Source of the DNA: Fidelibacterota bacterium
GTDB lineage: Bacteria; Fidelibacterota; UBA8477; JABMPR01
NCBI GenBank assembly: GCA_016844955.1
Contig: JAERTH010000085.1
Span: forward strand, 1,778 to 65,777
Length of the DNA: 64,000 nt
Direction of reading: 5' to 3'
How positions within the stretch are numbered: the first letter of the stretch is position 1; every line of letters starts with the position of its first letter. Both the position numbers and the translations under genes were made by a program. This document shows, piece after piece, positions 32,979 to 42,606 of the stretch. Under the pieces are notes generated by a model that did no database searches, was not told where the DNA came from, and saw only the letters and a program-made list of their open reading frames with translations.

Positions 32979-34360
32979 TCAATCGTTCCTTCTTGGAATT
33001 GAACTCTAATGCAGTGCCTATGTTCATTTTCTTCGTTTAATGATAGATCTTTGATCATCCCCCGATGCGCTGTGCGAATGCCAGGCACCCAGATAATCTC
33101 ATCTTCATATTCCATAACCGGGAAGTATTCCTTCAGGTGGGGAGCAACGCGGGCTGACTGCAATATCTGATTCACAGATGCACTTTTGCCAGATTCGTCG
33201 ATCGTCATCTTGTCTCCCCTCTTTTTGGGTCTAATTCTATAACTATCAGGATGGTGTTGATACCAGAAAAAACTGGGATCACTAAGGTTTCTACCAATGA
33301 TAGATGCACAGAATTCAAAGCGGAAAAAAGGGAAAAACACTTCCCTGGCGGCAGTCATCAGACAGTCAATCCAAATCAAAGAAGATTTTTTCATGAAAAT
33401 CAGGTGACTCCGATCACGTACAACATTTATTGATCCGGGGAGTTGTATTTCTTTGCCAATAGCGTCATCACCCAGCAAGGATTTCAGTGCCTGGAAATGA
33501 GTAGATGATAATCCCTGGGGCTTTAAAGAAATTGATTGATAAGCTCTGTCAAAAATCACCTTTTGAATCGGCGAAAAATAGTCGGAGAGCTTTCCCATTC
33601 CTAATGCTATTTTATTGTGCATATCATGTCTAAACTCTTTTATATCAACATCTTCTATCAGGTCTTCCAGCATTTCATTTAATGTTGAACTTCCTAGAAC
33701 AATCCTCCTAATCGTGGCTTCGAAGTCACCCCTATTCTCCAGAGACAGTTTTGGGATAATATGTGCTCTGATTTTATTCCGGAGAAAATTGATATCGCTA
33801 TTGGATTCATCTACCTGGAATTCAATACTATTTTCTGAGGCAAAGGACAGAATATCCTCACGAGAATATTTGAGTAGAGGTCGTATAAATCCTGCACCAA
33901 AATCAAAAGTTCCAGCCAGGCCACGGATACCAGATCCGTGATATAGATTCATGAGTACGGTCTCAAGCTGGTCATCCAAATGCTGGCCTGTAGCAATGAA
34001 GTCAAAACCTAAGTTATGTTTTAACTCCATAAATGTGGTTCGTCGTCTGCGACTACCTGCCTCTTCTATGCTCAAAACATGCTCTTTGGCATATTGGGCA
34101 ATATCTTCAGATACGATATGAACTCCATGCCCAAGGTCTTCACCAATTTTTTTAACGAAGTGCATATCCGAGTCACTTCGTTCACCTCGCAAGCCATGGT
34201 TGAAATGAACGACTGCGAGCTGAACATCTGGAATTTTTGATAGCAAGTGGAGGAGCACTACAGAATCCGGCCCGCCTGAGCAGGCGACCAAAACCTTCAG
34301 GTCCCTATGAGACCAAGGAGATGACTTAAAGTGCTTGTTAAATACTTCCTGAGTTAGCAT
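32975..34360 (-). CDS. tilS: tRNA(Ile)-lysidine synthase
   Basis: PP-loop SGGPDS, HFNHGLR, DDQLET, IRPLL, DESN, RNKIR; tilS-hpt-ftsH synteny. Confidence 0.93.
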   Translation of the reverse strand: MLTQEVFNKHFKSSPWSHRDLKVLVACSGGPDSVVLLHLLSKIPDVQLAVVHFNHGLRGERSDSDMHFVKKIGEDLGHGVHIVSEDIAQYAKEHVLSIEEAGSRRRRTTFMELKHNLGFDFIATGQHLDDQLETVLMNLYHGSGIRGLAGTFDFGAGFIRPLLKYSREDILSFASENSIEFQVDESNSDINFLRNKIRAHIIPKLSLENRGDFEATIRRIVLGSSTLNEMLEDLIEDVDIKEFRHDMHNKIALGMGKLSDYFSPIQKVIFDRAYQSISLKPQGLSSTHFQALKSLLGDDAIGKEIQLPGSINVVRDRSHLIFMKKSSLIWIDCLMTAAREVFFPFFRFEFCASIIGRNLSDPSFFWYQHHPDSYRIRPKKRGDKMTIDESGKSASVNQILQSARVAPHLKEYFPVMEYEDEIIWVPGIRTAHRGMIKDLSLNEENEHRHCIRVQFQEGTIE

Positions 34361-34365
34361 AAACT

Positions 34366-34399
34366 AAAAGCGACCCCTCTTATGCATATCAGGAGTCGC
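34366..34399 (-). terminator. Terminator-like hairpin between the GAPDH-like gene and tilS
   Basis: GCGACTCCT...AGGGGTCGC-TTTT on the minus strand. Confidence 0.6.
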
Positions 34400-34428
34400 C
34401 CTTTGAATTATCTTATTTAGCCTGAATA

Positions 34429-35502
34429 TTAGACTTCATCAAAAAACCAATCGGATAGTGATTGAATCTTTTGCTCATATGAATTTGGATACATCAACCA
34501 GGTCGCAGCTGAGATGGAACTTAACAATGAATTCCCATCCTGAGGGGTGAAGCAGTATCCAACCAGTTCCCTGCCCCCATCGATGAGGTGCAAGCTGGGA
34601 GTAGAGATGACGGTCTGATTGAGAATTCGGCCATAGTGTCCATGGTCGCGACCAAATGAGAATACCTGACTGGATAATTTCTTCTCAGTGACGGCTATGA
34701 GCGGATTTGACTCCAAAATTTCCATGACCTGGGCCATAGTCATGGCCTCTTTCATTTTCAAATTGAAATGCACAATATGCATGTATTGCGTATTCAATTT
34801 CATGGCTGAGGAGAAGATATTGAGGTCATAACCAAGCGTTTTGAACAAGTTAGCTGCATCCTTGGCGTGATGTGTACCATAACGTTCAGATGAATGAGCA
34901 CCCACTTCAGGTGCAGGAATAAAATCATTGGCCTGACTCAGGTCATTTGCGCGTCGAATCATCACAAAGCGACCGTCTAATAAATTTTCCGGATCGCCAT
35001 TATGCAACCCAACGGTCTTTACCAGCGTGGAGAGATTGTGTGTATTACACGAAACCACTTGAAGAAATCTATCTTCACCGTGAATCAATGATTCATCATT
35101 AATCCCACGGGCATATGGCTTTCCAAAACCAGTTTCACTTCCCTGGGCAATAAAGCCTGCAGTATTGTGATCATAATTATGATAATACTTCACCTTGTTT
35201 TTGTGCCCCACCCCCTTGGGTGTACAATCAATGACAACTGCCGCTCTATCAATGGCTTCAATCGTTGAAAATGCTGGGGTAAACCCTATCTCCTTGAATC
35301 CTTCAAATGCTTCTTGATCAGTAACCAGCCGAGCACCACGTTTCAGAAGGCGACAAACCTTGGCATGTTCACCTTGTAAGGGAGTTCTCTTGTGGAAAGT
35401 GATTTCATCAATACCAAGACTCGATTTATAGTCCGACAGAAGCCCAATTAGCGGTTCTCCAATAGTTCCAGTTCCAACGACGTGAACGATTTTTTTTGAC
35501 AT
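34429..35502 (-). CDS. Archaeal-type (class II) glyceraldehyde-3-phosphate dehydrogenase-like protein
   Basis: VVGTGTIG, VIDCTPKGVG, VVSCNT, IRRAND and THHAKD match archaeal GAPDH motifs (GYGTIG, DxTP, VVSCNT, RRAAD, SHHGPD). Confidence 0.75.
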   Translation of the reverse strand: MSKKIVHVVGTGTIGEPLIGLLSDYKSSLGIDEITFHKRTPLQGEHAKVCRLLKRGARLVTDQEAFEGFKEIGFTPAFSTIEAIDRAAVVIDCTPKGVGHKNKVKYYHNYDHNTAGFIAQGSETGFGKPYARGINDESLIHGEDRFLQVVSCNTHNLSTLVKTVGLHNGDPENLLDGRFVMIRRANDLSQANDFIPAPEVGAHSSERYGTHHAKDAANLFKTLGYDLNIFSSAMKLNTQYMHIVHFNLKMKEAMTMAQVMEILESNPLIAVTEKKLSSQVFSFGRDHGHYGRILNQTVISTPSLHLIDGGRELVGYCFTPQDGNSLLSSISAATWLMYPNSYEQKIQSLSDWFFDEV

Positions 35503-35514
35503 GACTTTCCCCGG

Positions 35515-35658
35515 TTATTTTTTGGAGTCAATTAGCTCTTTTAAAAGTGTCATTTCCTGACTCAGGTGATCCACTTTTTTATTCATGTACCATGTAAAAC
35601 CGAATATTCCCAGCCAGATGAAACTGTAGGCCAGAAAAAGATAGACAAAGGCATCCAT
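35515..35658 (-). CDS. ccmD: Heme exporter protein CcmD (47 aa, absent from the ORF track)
   Basis: MDAFVYLFLAYSFIWLGIFGFTWYMNKKVDHLSQEMTLLKELIDSKK: TM helix with AY motif plus charged helix, starting right after the ccmC stop. Confidence 0.85.
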   Translation of the reverse strand: MDAFVYLFLAYSFIWLGIFGFTWYMNKKVDHLSQEMTLLKELIDSKK

Positions 35659-36351
35659 TTACAGGATCTCCATTTCTTTGAACTGTTTATTTACTAAATC
35701 TTCCAATACAAGCAGCTGATATCGTTTTCTCATCAGGTATACATAAAGCAGTGTGAATGTTGCCAGGGAAAACATGAAAACAAAAAACATGGGCGCTGCC
35801 AGGCTCCCGTCACCGCTGGCCATTACTGCCTTGGGATGCTGTGTTTCCCACCAGCGAATTGAGTAATAGACGATGGGTACATCGATAAATCCAATAATAC
35901 CAACCACAGCCGATAAATTTGCGCGTTTACTGCCATCAGGTAAATATCGACGGAGCATGAGATAGGCAACATAGATCAACCAGAGCACCAACGAGGAGGT
36001 CAGACGAGTGTCCCAGGTCCACCAGATTCCCCAAACTGGCTTGGCCCAGATGGGTCCGGTTATCAGCACCAATGAGATAAATAGCACCCCAATTTCAGCT
36101 GAAGCGACGGATATAAGTTCCCATTTACGATTTCTTGTTGACAGATATGCTACACTTGAACAAAAAACTACGAAAAAGGCTAAAAATCCCAACCAAGCAC
36201 TGGGAACATGAAAGTAAAATATTCTCTGAGCAATCTGTTCTGCTGCGTTTGATGCTTTAATGGGTGGTACCCAACTAAATATCAAAAACATACAGCCCAA
36301 AAATGCAATAAGCAGAATAATCAGCAATGACTTATCTATAGTTGATCTCAT
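35659..36351 (-). CDS. ccmC: Heme exporter CcmC
   Basis: RIFYFHVP, WAKPVWGIWWTWDTRLT (WWD domain), WWETQHP. Confidence 0.93.
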   Translation of the reverse strand: MRSTIDKSLLIILLIAFLGCMFLIFSWVPPIKASNAAEQIAQRIFYFHVPSAWLGFLAFFVVFCSSVAYLSTRNRKWELISVASAEIGVLFISLVLITGPIWAKPVWGIWWTWDTRLTSSLVLWLIYVAYLMLRRYLPDGSKRANLSAVVGIIGFIDVPIVYYSIRWWETQHPKAVMASGDGSLAAPMFFVFMFSLATFTLLYVYLMRKRYQLLVLEDLVNKQFKEMEIL

Positions 36352-36393
36352 GAAGTTGCCTTTAATTTGTTGAATTCAATTGAACAATCCACT

Positions 36394-37065
36394 CTAATCT
36401 TCCAGAATGAAATCGAAAAGCATATACGATAAAGTGAAAAAGATGACATCAAACGCGCCCACACGTAGCAACAGTGGATAAAACGCAGGAGTCACCTCAC
36501 CACTCACCACCATACCGGTCAGTGTAACTGACCAAATGATGATTGGGGATACCAGGGGCCAGAGTAACATTGAAAGTAAAATCTGCTGATTACGTGTATG
36601 TACAGCCACCGCTGACAAGATGGTGCCCAGACTGGTAAATCCGATAGTTCCCGCCAGAATCACAGGGATTAGCTTTAACATCTCAAGTGACAGCTGTAAA
36701 TCATAAAAAATGATGAATATGGGAAAAATTAGGGCTTCAAACATGAGCATGATCAGGGTTACACTGAGGAATTTTCCCACATATATTTGCCCACCATCAA
36801 CTGGCATCAACGCCATGGCCCTAAGATTTCCATTTTCCTTTTCTAGGGCAAATGACTGATTCAGCCCAAACATCCCGGAAAATACAAAAGCAACCCATAG
36901 AAGTCCCGGGGCTATTTCCAGCATAACTAACCTGGAAACCTCAAATGTAAAATTGAAGATAACAAAGATTAGCAGCGAGAAAATCCACATGGCCAGAATG
37001 CTTTCCTTTGAGCGGAATTCCATCCTGAGATCTTTTTTGAGAATGGCCAATGCGGCGCGCATCAT
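36394..37065 (-). CDS. ccmB: Heme exporter permease CcmB
   Basis: KDLRMEFRS, APGLLWV, FALEKENG. Confidence 0.9.
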   Translation of the reverse strand: MMRAALAILKKDLRMEFRSKESILAMWIFSLLIFVIFNFTFEVSRLVMLEIAPGLLWVAFVFSGMFGLNQSFALEKENGNLRAMALMPVDGGQIYVGKFLSVTLIMLMFEALIFPIFIIFYDLQLSLEMLKLIPVILAGTIGFTSLGTILSAVAVHTRNQQILLSMLLWPLVSPIIIWSVTLTGMVVSGEVTPAFYPLLLRVGAFDVIFFTLSYMLFDFILED

Positions 37066-37778
37066 GAGTCATCCTCCCCGCCAATAGCCGAAAAGAATTC
37101 ACTTCGTAACACATCAGGAGAGGTTTCGGCCATCACCCCATCTTTCACGATTCTGTGTTTTGCTATGACCACATAGCGATCTGATAATTCCTGGGCTGTA
37201 TGCAGATCATGAGTGGTCAAAATTATGGTCCGGCCCAATTCCTTCTGGGATTTTAACAGAGAAATCAGCATACCAATAGCATGTTGATCCAGACCAGTAA
37301 ATGGTTCATCAAGAAGTAGGAGTGCAGGCTGATGTAACAACGCTCTGGCAATTGTCAGGCGCTGGGTCATTCCCCTGCTATATGTGCTGACCAAATCGAA
37401 TCTACGATGCGTTAGTTCCACATCATTGAGAACTTCCTGAATGCGTTGCGTTGCATCAGCTAGCTCATATATCTTTGCATAATACTCAAGATTTTCAACA
37501 GCAGTGAGATTACCATATAAAAACATCTCGTGTGAGATTACTGCCAGCTTGGCTTTGTTATCATGATCGCTTGGATCTGTACCAAACAAAAGCACTGAAC
37601 CTTCACTTGGTCGTGAGACACCGCTGATAATATTGAGTAAAGTAGTTTTCCCAGCACCATTGCGACCCAGGATACTTACAAATTCACCTGGGTTGACAGA
37701 TAGGTTGACCGAACGTAAGGCAATGATACGCCCAAAATCTTTAGACACATTGTCTACCTGTAAAGCAGGTACTGACAA
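37062..37778 (-). CDS. ccmA: Heme exporter ATP-binding protein CcmA
   Basis: GRNGAGKTT, YSRGM, LLDEPFTGLD; operon context. Confidence 0.88.
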   Translation of the reverse strand: MSVPALQVDNVSKDFGRIIALRSVNLSVNPGEFVSILGRNGAGKTTLLNIISGVSRPSEGSVLLFGTDPSDHDNKAKLAVISHEMFLYGNLTAVENLEYYAKIYELADATQRIQEVLNDVELTHRRFDLVSTYSRGMTQRLTIARALLHQPALLLLDEPFTGLDQHAIGMLISLLKSQKELGRTIILTTHDLHTAQELSDRYVVIAKHRIVKDGVMAETSPDVLRSEFFSAIGGEDDS

Positions 37779-38930
37779 CTATTTGATCCGATCCAGGGTT
37801 TTGTAAACAGACACAAGCCTGTACAATACTTTATCACGTTCAGAACTATCCTTATCAGTACTAGCATATTGTTTCAGGAGCGCAATTTTCTGCTCCTTTA
37901 GCATCAGAATTGATTCCTGTTTCATATCTTCATTTTGTTGGGTTACAGACATGAACAGTGCAATCAACGCGGCCAGAATTAACACACCCGAAATTGCCAG
38001 CTCCGTGCTCAAGTCCATTCTGCTTTCTACAACAATCCGACCTGTATTTTGCTGGTGGTTCGCGTGCTCCTCAGGAGCTGTTTCAGAAATACCCTGTCCC
38101 GAAACCTTAAACTGTAGAGTAGTTCCCGCTTTAACACCATTTATGGAGTAAATGGCCAATCCGTTCTCGTTATCGGTACCCTCCCTGGAAAGTCCGGAGC
38201 CACTGATATTCAAGTCCATCGGCATTGTATAAACATGATAATGATCGACGTCATATCCAATCTTTTCAATCACCTCGCCGGCTGAATTGTCATAGGGCAG
38301 ATAATAGGACATGTCAATCTGGGATGTACCTGGTTTCAAAGCATAGGGCAATACTTGTCCATCTTCAGTCTGAATAGGTTGCGAGTTGAGGGGCATAGTG
38401 CCATTTTTGAAACTGACATTTTCTACTTCAGTCACATTTTCAGGAAGGAACACCTTCACCACACCAGGTGACTTGAAATACGAAACAGGTGGGTTTGATA
38501 CATTTTCCAGATCAAGTAATTTTCGGATGTATAATTGGGTCTCAAATGCATAGATCACAAAGTATGAGTCCACCGCTTTTACGGAAGTTGCTTCTGGTTC
38601 TGTATCATAAACAGTTACTGATGTTTCCCAGGCACTTACACCGGCAGTAGGCACAAACATTTCAGAATAGGTAATACCATTTAGGGTAGCACGGATTAGA
38701 TATTGACTCTGCCCCTCAGAAGTGACATCACTGAAAGTTGTTGACCCCGTCACATTGGCGGCAGCGGCAGTTTCAGCCATACCAGAGGATAAATCCATCA
38801 AGGCAACACGATCTGCATTTCCTTTGGTATTGTTAGTACCATTTATGATGTTTACACGCAAGTCTCCAGCGTTCAGGATGCCAGCCAGTAAGATTGACAG
38901 GAGGAGGTGTTTTATCACGATGCGATTCAT
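37779..38930 (-). CDS. Hypothetical periplasmic beta-rich protein with a C-terminal TM anchor
   Basis: Signal peptide, about 290-aa soluble region, TM helix, helical tail; ATGA-coupled within the ccm operon. Confidence 0.75.
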   Translation of the reverse strand: MNRIVIKHLLLSILLAGILNAGDLRVNIINGTNNTKGNADRVALMDLSSGMAETAAAANVTGSTTFSDVTSEGQSQYLIRATLNGITYSEMFVPTAGVSAWETSVTVYDTEPEATSVKAVDSYFVIYAFETQLYIRKLLDLENVSNPPVSYFKSPGVVKVFLPENVTEVENVSFKNGTMPLNSQPIQTEDGQVLPYALKPGTSQIDMSYYLPYDNSAGEVIEKIGYDVDHYHVYTMPMDLNISGSGLSREGTDNENGLAIYSINGVKAGTTLQFKVSGQGISETAPEEHANHQQNTGRIVVESRMDLSTELAISGVLILAALIALFMSVTQQNEDMKQESILMLKEQKIALLKQYASTDKDSSERDKVLYRLVSVYKTLDRIK

Positions 38931-39349
38931 GACAGCTCCTTTCCACATTTCATGCAGAACTTGGCCTCTGGGAGATTTTCACTACCACAAGACGGGCAAT
39001 TTGATTGCTTTTTAATCTTTTTCTTGGCCTTTGTTTTTTTGCCAAGATTGGATAGGTCATTTTGGATACGGTCCATGAGACCTGCAGTCTTTTGACCCTC
39101 AATTTTCTCTATTACCCGACCTGCTTCACTGAGAAATGATGCACGGATACTGTTAAAATCCTTTTCGCTTAACCGGCCCATGGCAAAATCAAATTCGAGA
39201 TCTGCGATATTACCATAGACTCTCTGTTTGCGATCAGCAAGTTCATCTGCTTCCACATACAGTGATACCCAGGTGCTGTCCTTTTTGAAGAGGGGTACGA
39301 TGGCCCAGATGAGAAAAGCCACTCCTGTGAGATAGGCCAGATAACTCAT
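38927..39349 (-). CDS. CcmI N-terminus-like membrane protein with a double zinc ribbon
   Basis: TM helix, IADLEFDFAMGRLSEKDF, CPSCG...FCMKCG. Confidence 0.75.
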   Translation of the reverse strand: MSYLAYLTGVAFLIWAIVPLFKKDSTWVSLYVEADELADRKQRVYGNIADLEFDFAMGRLSEKDFNSIRASFLSEAGRVIEKIEGQKTAGLMDRIQNDLSNLGKKTKAKKKIKKQSNCPSCGSENLPEAKFCMKCGKELS

Positions 39350-41331
39350 TTTGCACCTCCCGATTTGGACTCACGATAATTCGGGAGCATAGCGAAAAGT
39401 GTTCCCACCACAAGGATGAAAGCACCAATCCAGACCATTGAGACAAATGGATTTCTGTAAACTTGCACGATGACTTTTTCACCGTCATTGCTCATTCCAG
39501 AGAGCACAGCATAAATATCTTCACGAAGTGTTGTATAGATATCAACTTCTGTGGAAGGCTGTTCTGATGCAAAATAATAGCGCTTCTGAGGACTTATGGT
39601 TGAAATGAGACGTCCATTGCGGGACATTTCCATTATCAACGTTTCTGCGGAATAGTTGTCATTTTGATCATGAATGATTTCGATGGCTTTAAAATCGTAG
39701 GGGCCCAATTGAAAGGAATCACCTTCTGCAACTTCAGCTCTGGTCTCTGAGTTAAAGGCATTACCTGTGAAACCTATAAACATGACAACCATAGCCACAT
39801 GAATGATATAACCACCATACCTTCTGGTATTTTTCCTCGAAAGCATATACAATGCTTTGAGAAAATTTTCACCAGAATTCTTTCTCCGGACCATGGCCCC
39901 TTTGATGAACTCAACTACAATAGTCCACATGACAAAAAAGGAGATGGCGAATGAACCAAGGGCCCAGCCATCTTTGACACCAACAAAGAACAAGATGATA
40001 ACAAGAACTACACTTCCTAATATTGGATAGCCAAAACTACGCTTCATGGTTTCAACAGAAGTGTGCCTCCAGGCCAGAAGTGGCCCTACTCCAGTAAGGA
40101 GCAACAATGCCAGCCCAATGGGAATCATAATATTGTTGAACCAGGGAGGTCCCACAGTGATTTGATCGCCAGTGAAAATTTCACTGATAACAGGAAATAA
40201 GGTTCCCCATAGTACGGCGATAGTGGCTAACAGGAAGAGCAGATTATTGAAGAGGAAACCACTTTCTCTAGATACCAGAGATTCCATTTCCTCATCCGGT
40301 TTAAGGTCTTTCCTTCTATAGAGCAGTAAAAGGATACTGAGAATTGTAGATAGGCCAATAAACACAGCAAAGGCTGGTCCCAGACCTGAATTGGCAAAGG
40401 CATGTACCGAGCTAACGATTCCACTACGGGTTAAGAAAGTGCCGAATACTGAAAGTAGATAAGTTGAAATGACCAGCGCCATATTCCAGACTTTGAGCAT
40501 ACCCTTGCGCTCTTGTATCATTACCGAGTGCAAATACGCAGTGGCAGTCAACCAGGGTAAAAGGGAAGCATTTTCCACTGGATCCCAGGCCCAATATCCG
40601 CCCCATCCAAGTTCGACGTAAGCCCATTTACCACCTAGCACAATACCGACAGACAGAAAGCCCCAGGTTGTTAAGGCCCAACGTCTGGTAGTATGGATCC
40701 AGCCTGTACCAAGCTTACCAGTTATCAAGGCAGCGATGGCGAAAGCAAAGGGGACTACAGAGCCTACATAACCAATAAAAAGTATGGGTGGATGAATGAT
40801 CATGGCAGGATGCTGGAGTAGAGGATTAAGGCCACGCCCATCCTGCACCGCAAATTCCTGCAGTGTATTTCCAATTTCCTGATACAAGGTTTCGAATGGG
40901 TTCGCAATAAAGACACTCAACACTGAGAAAAAGGTCATGGTGATTGCTATGGTAAAGATGACATAAGGCATGATGTCATTGTTCTTGTGACGATGTTGAT
41001 AAGCGACAATCGCACTGAACATGGTTACAATCCAGGTCCACAGCAAGAGCGAGCCGTTGTGTCCAGCCCAAAGTGCCACCATTTTATAAAACAGTGGTAA
41101 GGCAAGGTTGGTGTTGCTGGCGACGTATTCAATTGAAAAGTCGCTGGTTACCAATAAGTATTCCAGCGCAAGAACGGCCAGGGTTGTTACTGCAAAGGCC
41201 GCATAGGCACCACGTCTGGCAGCTTCAAGCAAACCACGGCGCTTGGTTACCCCAGCTGCGTAAGCTGTCAGTGCTGTAAAGACACTTATTGGGAATAGAA
41301 AAAAGAGAAGGATATTTCCTAGATCAGCCAT
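39346..41331 (-). CDS. ccmF: Cytochrome c heme lyase CcmF
   Basis: GLNPLLQ, IIHPP, WAYVELGWGGYWAWDPVEN, SVHAF. Confidence 0.96.
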   Translation of the reverse strand: MADLGNILLFFLFPISVFTALTAYAAGVTKRRGLLEAARRGAYAAFAVTTLAVLALEYLLVTSDFSIEYVASNTNLALPLFYKMVALWAGHNGSLLLWTWIVTMFSAIVAYQHRHKNNDIMPYVIFTIAITMTFFSVLSVFIANPFETLYQEIGNTLQEFAVQDGRGLNPLLQHPAMIIHPPILFIGYVGSVVPFAFAIAALITGKLGTGWIHTTRRWALTTWGFLSVGIVLGGKWAYVELGWGGYWAWDPVENASLLPWLTATAYLHSVMIQERKGMLKVWNMALVISTYLLSVFGTFLTRSGIVSSVHAFANSGLGPAFAVFIGLSTILSILLLLYRRKDLKPDEEMESLVSRESGFLFNNLLFLLATIAVLWGTLFPVISEIFTGDQITVGPPWFNNIMIPIGLALLLLTGVGPLLAWRHTSVETMKRSFGYPILGSVVLVIILFFVGVKDGWALGSFAISFFVMWTIVVEFIKGAMVRRKNSGENFLKALYMLSRKNTRRYGGYIIHVAMVVMFIGFTGNAFNSETRAEVAEGDSFQLGPYDFKAIEIIHDQNDNYSAETLIMEMSRNGRLISTISPQKRYYFASEQPSTEVDIYTTLREDIYAVLSGMSNDGEKVIVQVYRNPFVSMVWIGAFILVVGTLFAMLPNYRESKSGGAK

Positions 41332-41359
41332 GTGCTAAATCCTATCTGTATATATTTGT

Positions 41360-41779
41360 TTAAACTTCTGGGGATGTGTAATCTGCTTCGTACTTCGAAG
41401 CACATTTTGCCTGGATGCGTTCTGCGTGAAAGATGCCATCATCTTTTAGCTTGCCTGAGACGATAACTTCTGCATCCATTTCGTTGTTGAAAGTGTCAGG
41501 TATTGGATCCTTGCCGATGTAATGGATTTCCAGCTCAGAATTACCTTCCACAATTGTAAAATCCAAATCCAGATTATTACGAACAATGCTGCCCTTTTTC
41601 AGATCGCCGTTTACTTTCAGCGTTAATGATTTTGCTCTCTCACCAAGCATGTGCACTTCACTTACACTTTTGGAGTATGACATGGTTGTATCTTCTTCCA
41701 TGCCCTGGACAGCTAAAAGAATCACCGCCAGAATGATGACGACTGAACCGATGACAAATTTGAGTTTATTTTTATTCAA
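41360..41779 (-). CDS. ccmE: Heme chaperone CcmE, Cys-type (CxxxY)
   Basis: TM plus OB-fold, PDTF, AKCASKY. Confidence 0.92.
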   Translation of the reverse strand: MNKNKLKFVIGSVVIILAVILLAVQGMEEDTTMSYSKSVSEVHMLGERAKSLTLKVNGDLKKGSIVRNNLDLDFTIVEGNSELEIHYIGKDPIPDTFNNEMDAEVIVSGKLKDDGIFHAERIQAKCASKYEADYTSPEV

Positions 41780-41795
41780 GGTGAGGAACTCCTAT

Positions 41796-42590
41796 TTATG
41801 ATTTGAAGATATTAAGTAATTTATCTTTCCACCCTGTTTTTGGTGGTGAAAGGTCAACTGGATATACATCTATGGGTTTTCCAGCTAAAATTTTTCCTGG
41901 GTTGTCTTTGAGCAGTAAATTTGCATATTCTACACCGTATCTCTCTGTTAAACAATCATGTCCGGGTTTTGAATAAAGTGGTCGAGACTCCAGATTATGG
42001 CTATCACTCCCCACGAGGTGAACAGCATCCCTATCAAATAAAAAGTTTGCTAGTTTTTCAGTGTTGGGTCCCAGACTACCTAAGAAGGAACCGATATCAA
42101 GCTGTGTGGGACAACCCATATTTATGAGTTCCTCCAGCCTTTGAGGGTCGCGCTGCCAGGGTTTAATACGTTCAGGATGTGCGATAATGGGTGTAATGCC
42201 CTTGCGTGTGATATCATAGATAATCCGCTCGAGATTATTTGGAACTGAATGAAACGCGAATTCAAGCAATAGATATTTTTTAGCAATGAGTACATCAAGT
42301 TCCTCAAGGATAATGGGCAACATATCCTGATAGCGAACTTCAGCTGCAACCGTAACCTTAACTGGAAGATCGTGTTCATCCAATAGACCAAGAACAGTTT
42401 GTTTGCCTGCTTCTATCTTATCCTTCCATGGTTCTGTGCCCTTGATGATATCAGCCTCATATAGGTGAGGCGTCAACACCAGATGCTGCACACCTTGTCT
42501 TACCGCCTCCTGAAGCATAGATAGTGCCACATCATCATTTTTGGCACCGTCATCTACTGCGGGGAGCATATGATTATGAATATCTATCAT
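41796..42590 (-). CDS. PHP-family tyrosine-protein phosphatase (CpsB/CapC/YwqE)
   Basis: IDIHNH..P.VDDG, TPH, IAHPER, GSDSH. Confidence 0.9.
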   Translation of the reverse strand: MIDIHNHMLPAVDDGAKNDDVALSMLQEAVRQGVQHLVLTPHLYEADIIKGTEPWKDKIEAGKQTVLGLLDEHDLPVKVTVAAEVRYQDMLPIILEELDVLIAKKYLLLEFAFHSVPNNLERIIYDITRKGITPIIAHPERIKPWQRDPQRLEELINMGCPTQLDIGSFLGSLGPNTEKLANFLFDRDAVHLVGSDSHNLESRPLYSKPGHDCLTERYGVEYANLLLKDNPGKILAGKPIDVYPVDLSPPKTGWKDKLLNIFKS

Positions 42591-42606
42591 ATCAGTTCAA
42601 AGGCAT

